DNA of 64,000 nucleotides, from the NCBI GenBank assembly GCA_029261055.1, contig JAJDCA010000053.1, forward strand, positions 24,177-88,176, read 5' to 3'. Shown here one piece after another: positions 47,136-55,755 of this stretch. The notes under the pieces were generated by a model. The model was given only the letters and a program-made list of their open reading frames with translations. It did not search any database and was not told the DNA's origin. Each line of letters starts with the position of its first letter. The first letter of the stretch is position 1. Both the position numbers and the translations under genes were made by a program. Origin of the DNA: Candidatus Omnitrophota bacterium. Its GTDB lineage: Bacteria > Omnitrophota > Gorgyraeia > Zapsychrales > Zapsychraceae.

Positions 47136-47807
47136 TTATTTTATTAGATCCGGCCGGTATTTCTTGGTCTTATTGACCGATTGGGCCTTCCGCCACTTTT
47201 CAATGGCTTCATGATGGCCCGATAATAGCACATTTGGAACTTCAATGCCACGAAAATTTGCAGGCCGTGTAAATTGTGGATATTCTAACAAATTACCCTC
47301 AAATGACTCATCCACCAAAGACTCTTCTTTTCCCAAAACGCCTGGTAAGAGACGTGTTACACAATCAAGCAACACCATAGCAGGTAACTCACCTCCGGTT
47401 AATACATAATCACCGATCGAAATACATTCATCCACCACTTCTTGGCGGACACGATCATCCACGCCTTCATAGTGCCCACACAGAATAATCAAATTCTTTT
47501 CTTTCGCCAATTCTTTCGCCATTTTCTGCGTTAACGGCTGTCCCGTTGGGCAAGTCAAAATAACCTTAGCTTTGCGCCGCCCCTTGATTTTTTTCACCGC
47601 ATCAAATAATGGCTGCGCTGTCATCACCATACCCGGCCCCCCGCCAAACGGACGATCATCCACCTTTCGGTGTTTATCCGTTGTGTAATCGCGCAAATCA
47701 TGCACATCAATCCGCACCTTCCCTTTTTCCTGCGCCAACTTAATCATCGACTCATTCACAACTGGGGCAAACATATCAGGAAATATGGTAATAATATCAA
47801 AACGCAT
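47136..47807 (-). CDS. trmD: tRNA (guanine37-N1)-methyltransferase.
   Basis: MRFDIITIFPDMF... and ...ILCGHYEGVDDRV... motifs. Confidence 0.9.
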   Translation of the reverse strand: MRFDIITIFPDMFAPVVNESMIKLAQEKGKVRIDVHDLRDYTTDKHRKVDDRPFGGGPGMVMTAQPLFDAVKKIKGRRKAKVILTCPTGQPLTQKMAKELAKEKNLIILCGHYEGVDDRVRQEVVDECISIGDYVLTGGELPAMVLLDCVTRLLPGVLGKEESLVDESFEGNLLEYPQFTRPANFRGIEVPNVLLSGHHEAIEKWRKAQSVNKTKKYRPDLIK

Positions 47808-48931
47808 TATTGTAACTCCGAATCATAAGTTGTTAAAAATTCCTTTTGAAATTCCTGATACTGATCTTCTTCAATAGCTTTACGAATTTTTTGCATAAGG
47901 GTGACATAAAAATGGACATTGTGGTACGAGATAAGTTTGAGGCCGATGATTTCATTGATATTAACTAAATGCCGGATGTAGGCACGGGAATGTTTTTGAC
48001 AGACGCGACATGGACACCCCTCTTCAATCGGACCAAAATCTTTGGCATATTGAGCATTGCGAATGACCACCCTGCCTTTACGTGTAAAGGCCGTACCGTA
48101 ACGACCATATTTTGTCGGGATGACAGTATCAAACATATCAATCCCTTCTCCCACCGCCTTAACAATTTGATCGGGCAATCCAATCCCCATAAAATAGCGC
48201 GGCTTATCCTTGGGTAAAAGCGGGATTACCCAGTCGAGCGTCTCAAACATGAGAGGTACCGGCTCTCCCACACTGACACCGCCAATGGCGTAACCATCAA
48301 AACCGATATCCAGCAACTCTTTAGCCGATCGCTCGCGTAAATCTTTGTACGTAGCCCCTTGGATAATAGCAAAAAGATGTTGTTTTTTATCTTCCTTTTG
48401 ATTTTCCAAAAAATATTTTTTTGACCGCTGCGCCCATTGCGTTGTGCGTTTAACAGAGATCAAAGCATGATCCTTTTCGCAAGGATACGGCGCACATTCA
48501 TCCAGTGGCATCATAATGTCTGAGCCTAATATTTGCTCAATTTCAATTACCTTCTCCGGCGTAAAAAAATGCGATGAGCCATCACGATGCGACCGAAATT
48601 CCACCCCATCATCACAAATCTTCCGCAACTTCGAAAGGCTAAATACCTGATACCCCCCGCTGTCTGTCAGAATCGGCCCATCCCATCCCATAAAAGAATG
48701 CAAGCCGCCGGCCAATTTCATAATTTCCATACCCGGCCGTAAAAAAAGATGATACGTATTAGACAGCACAATCTGTGCATTAAACTCCAAGAGTTCATCG
48801 AGCTCCAAAGTCTTCACCGAGCCGTTGGTACCCACCGGCATAAAAAACGGCGTCTCAATCGAACCATGTGCCGTCGTCAACTTCCCCCGCCGGGCTTTGG
48901 TATTTTTATCTGTTTTTATGAGTTGGTACAT
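47807..48931 (-). CDS. tgt: Queuine tRNA-ribosyltransferase.
   Basis: ...ARRGKLTTAHGSIETPFFMPVGT... and the Zn site CPCRVCQKHSRAYIRHL. Confidence 0.9.
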   Translation of the reverse strand: MYQLIKTDKNTKARRGKLTTAHGSIETPFFMPVGTNGSVKTLELDELLEFNAQIVLSNTYHLFLRPGMEIMKLAGGLHSFMGWDGPILTDSGGYQVFSLSKLRKICDDGVEFRSHRDGSSHFFTPEKVIEIEQILGSDIMMPLDECAPYPCEKDHALISVKRTTQWAQRSKKYFLENQKEDKKQHLFAIIQGATYKDLRERSAKELLDIGFDGYAIGGVSVGEPVPLMFETLDWVIPLLPKDKPRYFMGIGLPDQIVKAVGEGIDMFDTVIPTKYGRYGTAFTRKGRVVIRNAQYAKDFGPIEEGCPCRVCQKHSRAYIRHLVNINEIIGLKLISYHNVHFYVTLMQKIRKAIEEDQYQEFQKEFLTTYDSELQ

Positions 48932-48990
48932 GGATAGTGTGTGTAGAAAAACTGAAAGATATTTGAGGCATTGAATATTACTTTATCAAT

Positions 48991-49170
48991 CTACTTTCTT
49001 TCTTCTTGACGCATCTTTACAACAGCTTCAGCGAAGGGTGCTCCTTTAACATGAATTTTATTAATCTTCCTTTTCCATCCAGGGGTTCCTGGATACTCAT
49101 TATGTGTTCCAATGTTGACAATCGACTTACTTTGCTTAACCAAGATCCCTCCTTCTTTGGCTACAAACAT
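48991..49170 (-). CDS. Small hypothetical ORF (59 aa) between the Doc/Fic gene and tgt; not in the supplied track.
   Basis: ATG...TAG on the minus strand gives MFVAKEGGILVKQSKSIVNIGTHNEYPGTPGWKRKINKIHVKGAPFAEAVVKMRQEERK. There is no clear RBS. Confidence 0.25.
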   Translation of the reverse strand: MFVAKEGGILVKQSKSIVNIGTHNEYPGTPGWKRKINKIHVKGAPFAEAVVKMRQEERK

Positions 49171-49228
49171 ATCACAAAACTCATACAGAATCTAACAATA
49201 TGTTTGTTAGACATAGAATTGCCCTGTT

Positions 49229-52200
49229 CTATTTCCTTTGGAACAACCCTTGCACATCCGCAACCGGTTTAATACTGTACACAAACGGTACAAGGCCGCT
49301 CTCAATATCCATAATATCCATTTCATTCATCCCTTTCTCAAACATCGCCATATCCACCGATGTACCCTGAATCTGAAGATCAAGCTGCTCCGCATCCAAA
49401 TCAATCCCGCCTTTGTCTTGCACCAACATTGTTTTATTAGAAAAAGTATCCTGACTATACAGCTCTCCCATCCCTCGCACACCGTCTACCCCAACCAAAT
49501 TACCATTGGGAACACCTTTACCTTGAACCAATACATAAAAACCAAGTTCCCTCAACTCATTTAGGGTACTGTAAAGTATTGAACGTGCTAAAGGTAGAGT
49601 ATTCCGAATGATATTTGAGAAAAATTGTGCTTGCGTTTCAATCTTATTTAAATTAAATCCCACAGTATCTCCCGTTTTTTCCAAAAACTTAAAATCAATA
49701 TGAGACGTTATGTCGACTTTTCCTGGATAACCATAAATATACTTAAACGCATCACTCTGTGAATCTCTAAAGTCAAAATCACTATGCATAGCTGCAATAT
49801 GCCCTCCTTGAAGCGGTAAATCTCCGATTGAAAAACCATAATCTACTGTAATAACATAACCTCTTTTCAAACTATCAAAAATACTCTTTTGCCAACGCAA
49901 TAAATCTAAATTGACAACAAGCCCCTTATTTTCCAAAGTTTGATTAACATCATCACTTCCATGGATATTTCGTAAAGCCTTTATGTAGTCAGTAATTCCT
50001 TGATCCGACACATCTCCTAACATTTCAAAAAACTTTCCATTTTGATATCCAACATACACTTCTTTTAATTTTCCAAATTCATCTTTCTTCACACGATGCA
50101 CAGGAAAAGCATCGGGCAATTCATTAGAAATAATCACGCCTTCAATATTTTTTAGAGGCAAATCTACGGCTGAACCTTCAACCAATTTGATGGGATACCC
50201 TGTATCATTTAAATGCTTACGCTGCTTTTTTGTCATTCCAGAACCAATTTCCACTATCACATATCTCAATTTTGCAAAAAAATCAGGATGTATCTCCTTT
50301 ACGTAACCTAAAAGATCTTTGGCCATCGCTCCATTACCCGCTCCCATTTCCACAATTTGAAATGAAGATGGACTCCCCATATTTTGCCACATCTGGAAAA
50401 TCTGTTCTCCAATTGTCGCACCAAAAAAATTCGTTTCTTCTGCATATGTCATAAAATCGACATCCTTTGGAGAAGCACTTGAAGGCCCGATCCTTGCATT
50501 CCCCCCCGAATAATACCCATCCTCCGAATAAAGCGAAATATCCATAAAATCCCGAAACGTAATTTTGCCGTTTGATTCGGCAATACGTTGCTCTAAAAGC
50601 CTTTTCACACTCACTAAGCTAGCATTGTCGTTAAGTTGCACGTTTTCCTTAAAGAAATTAGCAATTTTACTCAAGGTTTCCGGTGATCTTCTGGAGTACC
50701 AGTACCTACCTCTAATTTTTTTATAAAAATTGCCATATTCAACAAAATTCTCTTTTGTTAAATAAAATGGTGCATATCCCATTTTTAAAAATACATAATT
50801 AATAATAAAATTTATGGATCGATGATTACCATTTACAAATGGATGAATTTTATGTAAATCAAAGAATAATTCAGCCACTACATTAAATATTTCATTGTCA
50901 TTTTTTTTCAATCGGGATGCTGTTCTTTTACCAAATAACTTATTAAGAATTTTTTCTGTATGTTCCTCTTTAAAACCCCCATTTAAATAAATTCGAGAAT
51001 TTTTGTCATTAACACGAATAATTCCATTTAACCGCTCAAATAACTCCTTAAATTTTCTTGAATCCATTGGTTCATTTAAAATTTCATTAAAAAACATGGT
51101 TGCATTTTTGTAGTTTTCAATAATTTTAGAATCAAAATCAAAATCGTCATAAGGTAAAGACACTTCTGATTCCTGAACTATTTTTTTCATTTGAAAGAAA
51201 TTCTCTTCAAGGTCCTCAATAGAAATATTTTCGGAAATGATTTCTTCATACCATCGTAATTTTGATTTATCTTCTCTAAACTGCCATTCAGATGAATTTA
51301 AATGTAAAAAAGATGTTACTCGGCTAAAAGCACCTTCAAATAACATTGATGCATCATTTTCATCTAACTGTAAAGATATCATTTCTTTTAAAAGAACCCC
51401 TCCCGAGAAATATTTTCGTGGAATAATTTCTTGCGTAGCCGGATTGTATTCTTCTTTAATCAAATCATACACGCCGGTTTTGAAGGCGTGTAGGTATTTT
51501 TCATACACTTGCTTCTTTGCATCTTGCACCTCTGCCTCTAGACCGCCAACCTTCTTCCGATCAGAGTATGACTTGTTGAGCAGGCTTGTTTTGAGTGTCT
51601 TTTTGTACCAGCTAGCGAGGATGAAGGAATGGTAAACTTGGCGGAGTGGAGCGAAGGTTTGACCTTCGTTGACTTCGTGTTCGATTTCGGGAATTATGAT
51701 GTCACGAATAATTTTGGAAATATTGTCAGAATTATTGTAGGGGAGGGGCTTGCCCCCTCCCGTATTACGGGCGGGCGCAAGGCCCGCCCCTACGTTGTGT
51801 TCCATTGCCAAACCTGCCTGCCGGTAGGCAAGGTAGTCCTCCTCCAACATCACCTTCAACCGCGACTCCACTACAAAAGCACGATCCACATTCTCGTACA
51901 CCAATGCCTTCTCCGGAACAATCCATACCTTGTTAAACGTGTCGATCGGGATATCGATGACACCATACTTGGCCTGTGCTTCGGCGTACACCCGTTCCCA
52001 AAATTCTTCGCCCAGATCTCCTTCCGGATGCATCAAAGAAGCCGTCAATTGTTTAAGCAAGTAATCTTGTTCTAACAAAACTTGCCCCATCGCAGTTCGA
52101 CCGAATTCATCCGGGATAATCCGATCGGCTTCGTACGGAGACAAATTGACCCATAGGTCATCCTCCGGCAGTGTCAATGATGTCAGGAAATATTTAATCA

Positions 52201-52411
52201 ATTTTTCTGACTCTGCCTTCATCGCCCCACCATCCATTGTATCGTCCCCATTATCCAAAATAAAATCAAACTGAAATGGTTGCCCCGGATGCACAATCAT
52301 CCCGCGTAATGTAGGCGGCGCATACGCTGACGTCAGCGGCATAATTTCCTCAGTTACGCCCAAAACGCAAAAAACACTACACAATAATGTTGTAATTAAG
52401 ATTTTCTTCAT
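49229..52411 (-). CDS. Secreted multidomain protein: signal peptide, an N-terminal domain of unknown function, a Doc/Fic-fold domain with a non-canonical motif, and a C-terminal MidA/NDUFAF7 (DUF185) SAM-dependent methyltransferase domain.
   Basis: The signal peptide is MKKILITTLLCSVFCVLGVTEE. The Fic/Doc core reads LHKIHPFVNGNHRSINFIINYVFLKMGY and fits the Doc pattern HxFx(D/N)(A/G)N(K)R. The MidA blocks read ...LYSEDGYYSGG...VDFMTYAEETNFFGATIGEQIFQMW...IVEMGAGNGAMAKDLL.... Confidence 0.7.
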   Translation of the reverse strand: MKKILITTLLCSVFCVLGVTEEIMPLTSAYAPPTLRGMIVHPGQPFQFDFILDNGDDTMDGGAMKAESEKLIKYFLTSLTLPEDDLWVNLSPYEADRIIPDEFGRTAMGQVLLEQDYLLKQLTASLMHPEGDLGEEFWERVYAEAQAKYGVIDIPIDTFNKVWIVPEKALVYENVDRAFVVESRLKVMLEEDYLAYRQAGLAMEHNVGAGLAPARNTGGGKPLPYNNSDNISKIIRDIIIPEIEHEVNEGQTFAPLRQVYHSFILASWYKKTLKTSLLNKSYSDRKKVGGLEAEVQDAKKQVYEKYLHAFKTGVYDLIKEEYNPATQEIIPRKYFSGGVLLKEMISLQLDENDASMLFEGAFSRVTSFLHLNSSEWQFREDKSKLRWYEEIISENISIEDLEENFFQMKKIVQESEVSLPYDDFDFDSKIIENYKNATMFFNEILNEPMDSRKFKELFERLNGIIRVNDKNSRIYLNGGFKEEHTEKILNKLFGKRTASRLKKNDNEIFNVVAELFFDLHKIHPFVNGNHRSINFIINYVFLKMGYAPFYLTKENFVEYGNFYKKIRGRYWYSRRSPETLSKIANFFKENVQLNDNASLVSVKRLLEQRIAESNGKITFRDFMDISLYSEDGYYSGGNARIGPSSASPKDVDFMTYAEETNFFGATIGEQIFQMWQNMGSPSSFQIVEMGAGNGAMAKDLLGYVKEIHPDFFAKLRYVIVEIGSGMTKKQRKHLNDTGYPIKLVEGSAVDLPLKNIEGVIISNELPDAFPVHRVKKDEFGKLKEVYVGYQNGKFFEMLGDVSDQGITDYIKALRNIHGSDDVNQTLENKGLVVNLDLLRWQKSIFDSLKRGYVITVDYGFSIGDLPLQGGHIAAMHSDFDFRDSQSDAFKYIYGYPGKVDITSHIDFKFLEKTGDTVGFNLNKIETQAQFFSNIIRNTLPLARSILYSTLNELRELGFYVLVQGKGVPNGNLVGVDGVRGMGELYSQDTFSNKTMLVQDKGGIDLDAEQLDLQIQGTSVDMAMFEKGMNEMDIMDIESGLVPFVYSIKPVADVQGLFQRK
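51745..51845. repeat. GC-rich palindromic block embedded in-frame in the Doc/Fic gene.
   Basis: The hairpins are gaggggcttgcccctc, gggcgggcgcaaggcccgccc and cctgcctgccggtaggcaagg. The last is the reverse complement, with one mismatch, of ccttgcctactggcaggcagg at 30100-30120. On the minus strand the block encodes about 30 aa (...GAGLAPARNTGGGKPLPY...). Confidence 0.6.
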
Positions 52412-52521
52412 AATATTTAGTATTAATAGATTTAATAAGACACTACGAAGTATACCATATGGAAAGACGCCTTTACCAACCCGCTAAAATCCAAGTCAAA
52501 GACTCCTCACAAAACATGGGA

Positions 52522-52564
52522 ATCCAGGCTCACAGGCTCCGCGGAGCCTGTGAGCCTGGATTTT
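52522..52564 (+). terminator. Perfect GC-rich hairpin followed by a T-tract, oriented as an intrinsic terminator on the plus strand.
   Basis: atccaggctcacaggctccgc|ggagcctgtgagcctggat followed by ttttt. It lies within the 356-bp region between the Doc/Fic gene start and the CBS gene stop. Confidence 0.5.
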
Positions 52565-52766
52565 TCAACCGTTCAAGGCGAAACCTAATCAAGGGTATGA
52601 AGCCCAGAGCAAGCCCTGGACTCTATCTGTCGCAGTTAGGAGGCAATCCCAGGATTGTCTCTTTGCTGCGGAGTAATGAATCTCCTCGGGGTAAACCTCG
52701 GGGAATTAGACCCTTTTGGAATTTCGTTAAAGCATCGAAATTCCTTAATAAAAAGCTCTTGATTGA

Positions 52767-53273
52767 TTATTCTTTCAATGCTTGTGCCATAAAGGCGATG
52801 ATATTTTGTTGGGTAAGAATACCGCAGAGTTTTTGATCTTTTTCAACAATAGGAATGCATCCTAATTTCTTATTAATCATATTCAGAATAGCATCTTTGA
52901 CAGGATCTTCCGGGGACAAAGTAAAGACACCATGATTCATGATGTTACTTAAAATAAGACTGTCCAGCGCCTCTTTTGGATAATAGCTACTCCCATCCAC
53001 AAGTTTATCCGGATCATAGTCCATATTATTCCCCACAATTTTTCGGGGTGACTGTGCTTTGTAAAGATACTTCTGAGACAGAAGACCCTTTAATTGGCCG
53101 TCATGGCTGACGACCGGCAAATAATAAATTCCGTGGCTAATAAATTTTTCCTCGGCCACACTCACATCATCATCTTCATAAATCGTAATAAGTTTTGTGC
53201 TCATAATTTCTTTAATCTTTGTTTCATTACACAAAACCCGAATGTAATAATCTTCACTATGATTTGAACTCAT
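52767..53273 (-). CDS. CBS-domain pair protein.
   Basis: It has two CBS motifs (...IMSTKLITIYEDDDVSVAEEKF..., ...IMNHGVFTLSPEDPVKDAILNM...). Confidence 0.7.
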   Translation of the reverse strand: MSSNHSEDYYIRVLCNETKIKEIMSTKLITIYEDDDVSVAEEKFISHGIYYLPVVSHDGQLKGLLSQKYLYKAQSPRKIVGNNMDYDPDKLVDGSSYYPKEALDSLILSNIMNHGVFTLSPEDPVKDAILNMINKKLGCIPIVEKDQKLCGILTQQNIIAFMAQALKE

Positions 53274-53291
53274 TATCGATACCTCCTGCTA

Positions 53292-53762
53292 TTAAACTTT
53301 CAAAAATTTAATTTTAATGCCTCCCCGACCTAAGGCAAGATCAAACCCTTTTTTCTCTTCGCTGCTCAAATGGATGGTTACGCCATGACGATTAACTAAA
53401 AAAAGACTAGCTTTCCCTGATTCCCCCAGAGTAAGAGCTGCTTTGGCTTGAAAATAGACACCTTCAAAATCGGACAATTCATTCAAACGATACACACTAC
53501 CCACTGTTGTCATTGTGACCTTTGAAATGCTCCCATAATCAATACCTGATAATTTAAATGAATAATCATCTCCCTGATAGGTAAGAATACCCTCCCCCTT
53601 TTCAAATCCGATACCAAGAGCCAATTCAGTCATTTCAATAGTCACCACGGCTGACACTTCGGCCTCTGTAATACCTTCATCAATGCTATAATTATAACTT
53701 GTTGCGCATCCACTAATTAATAATACTAAACCTATAATTCCAATATTAAATTTATTCATCAT
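53292..53762 (-). CDS. Hypothetical lipoprotein. The start is trimmed to MMNKFNIG, preceded by AAGGAGAG.
   Basis: It has a signal peptide plus lipobox, LLISGC. Confidence 0.5.
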   Translation of the reverse strand: MMNKFNIGIIGLVLLISGCATSYNYSIDEGITEAEVSAVVTIEMTELALGIGFEKGEGILTYQGDDYSFKLSGIDYGSISKVTMTTVGSVYRLNELSDFEGVYFQAKAALTLGESGKASLFLVNRHGVTIHLSSEEKKGFDLALGRGGIKIKFLKV

Positions 53763-53772
53763 CTCTCCTTTT

Positions 53773-55746
53773 TTAAATAACCCGCTCATTACCCCCATCA
53801 ATAGAGATTTGAGCTCCTGTTGTTTTAGAAAATACTGGCCCAGCCATGGCACAGGCTAAATCGGCGACATCTTGAGAACTAATTTCTACCTTTAAAATAT
53901 TATTCGTTTTGTATTCCTCAACACTCATCCCATAATGTTTCGCTCGGCTTTGTAATACTTCGGACGTCCATATGGCGGTATCAAATACTTGATTAGGATG
54001 AACAACATTAACGCGTATCCCTGCCGCCCCTAATTCAAGGGCCGCTACACGCGCTAATTGTGTTAAGCCAGCCTTTGCCACCGAATAAGCCGACGCCCCT
54101 GGCCCTGGTGCCGGGACATTTTTTGAAGCAATAATAACTACGGCCGGATCAACACCTAATTCAAGATAAGGAATACATTGTTTTAACAATACCTGATGGC
54201 TTGATAAATTAATATCCAAACTCTTCTGCCATGTTTCGGATTTCACGCTTACGATACTTTCACTAGAAGGAAAAATACCGGCATTACTGACGACAATATC
54301 CAACCCGCCAAAACGATGAACCGTCTCTTCGACACAGGCTTTCATATTTTCCTCGTCCGTTACATCACAAATCATCCCCAAGATTTCTTTTTGTGAAAAT
54401 AAATTTTCAATATCCGGATTAATATCCAAAGCCGCAACCACAGCTCCCTGAGCATTTAATCGTTCGGCACAAGCCTTACCGATACCACTGGCAGCCCCGG
54501 TTACCAAAACAACCTTACCCTGCAATTCTTGTGGTGCCGCGGCTTTCTTTAATTTTGCCTGCTCCAATTCCCAATATTCGATTTCAAAAATATCTTTTTC
54601 CGGAAGAGCCTGCCATCCACCAAGTTTTTCTGCTTTTTGAATCGCCTCCATGGTGTGTGCCGTGACATCCTGAATAACCTGCACTTCTTTAAACGTACTC
54701 CCAAAAGCAACTACGCCATGCTCCGGCCAAACACCCCAACGGGGCGCGGCATCTAAACATGTCATTTCACCAACAGCATTCTTCTCAAAATACGCATGGT
54801 AATCCTCTGCAAACTGTTGCACATCTTGACAAACATCCTCTCCAAGAACCACAGGAACACGCTTTGTCCTGATCACATGGTCTGGTGTTAAAGGCCCACG
54901 CGTGGCTATGGAAGCCACATCCAAAAGACTTGAAAAACATGCCGCTACAGAATCATTCATCAAACCGGCCAACATAGCCGACCCTTTAAGTTGTGATACT
55001 TCTCGCCGAATACGCGCCAAATCCAAAAGATTTTCCCGCACAACTTGCGATTTATCCACACGCACAACAGCCTTATGTTTCTTCAAATATTCTTCGGACT
55101 CTGTCACAATATTAATCATATTTTCATAACTCACCTTGGCGTCATCATCAAACGTAAACACCCCGTGGCTCATTAAAATAATCGCCTCAACCTTTGACCA
55201 ATCCATGCCTTTAGTCATCTCATACACCTTCTTCGCCAATACAAAACCCGGCATAATGTAAGGTACAATAAGCACACGGTCGCCATAAATTTCACGAATA
55301 CGCTCTTCGCCATTGTCCGTATTCGTCACGGTCACCACGGCATCCGTATGTGTATGATCAACAAATTTAAAAGGAATAATCGCATGTAAAATCGCCTCAA
55401 CCGACGGGTTCGGCGCTGAAGGATCTGTCATCGCCATACGCTGATTCTTAACCATATCCGTATCGCTGAGCACATCCAGCTCAGCCATTTTTTTTAAAAC
55501 ATCCAATTTAACCGGCGCAAACCCCGCGGCTTCAATCGTAGCCAAATCCCACCCACTGCCTTTCACATACAAAACATCCTTTGTCTCGCCAAATAAATTT
55601 GTTACCGCAGCCTTTACAGACGTATTCCCTCCACCGTGAAGAACTAAATCTGAATTTTGTCCCAACAGTCGAGAAGTGTACACCCTCATCTGGAGAGGAT
55701 CACCTAAAGAATTCTTCGCCTTTTTTTCATCCCACAAACTTTTCAT
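53773..55746 (-). CDS. Bifunctional class II aldolase/adducin-domain and short-chain dehydrogenase protein (YuxG/RhaEW-like).
   Basis: It has an N-terminal class II aldolase domain and a C-terminal SDR (VLVTGAASGIGKACAERL, ...NAG...YSVAKAG...). The ORF is 657 aa. Confidence 0.8.
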   Translation of the reverse strand: MKSLWDEKKAKNSLGDPLQMRVYTSRLLGQNSDLVLHGGGNTSVKAAVTNLFGETKDVLYVKGSGWDLATIEAAGFAPVKLDVLKKMAELDVLSDTDMVKNQRMAMTDPSAPNPSVEAILHAIIPFKFVDHTHTDAVVTVTNTDNGEERIREIYGDRVLIVPYIMPGFVLAKKVYEMTKGMDWSKVEAIILMSHGVFTFDDDAKVSYENMINIVTESEEYLKKHKAVVRVDKSQVVRENLLDLARIRREVSQLKGSAMLAGLMNDSVAACFSSLLDVASIATRGPLTPDHVIRTKRVPVVLGEDVCQDVQQFAEDYHAYFEKNAVGEMTCLDAAPRWGVWPEHGVVAFGSTFKEVQVIQDVTAHTMEAIQKAEKLGGWQALPEKDIFEIEYWELEQAKLKKAAAPQELQGKVVLVTGAASGIGKACAERLNAQGAVVAALDINPDIENLFSQKEILGMICDVTDEENMKACVEETVHRFGGLDIVVSNAGIFPSSESIVSVKSETWQKSLDINLSSHQVLLKQCIPYLELGVDPAVVIIASKNVPAPGPGASAYSVAKAGLTQLARVAALELGAAGIRVNVVHPNQVFDTAIWTSEVLQSRAKHYGMSVEEYKTNNILKVEISSQDVADLACAMAGPVFSKTTGAQISIDGGNERVI

Positions 55747-55755
55747 TTCACGCTC

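Noticed and set aside
49006-49272. Plus-strand 88-aa ORF in the tgt / Doc-Fic spacer.
   Set aside because: It has no homology features and is antisense to the small minus-strand ORF and the terminator hairpins. It is likely spurious.
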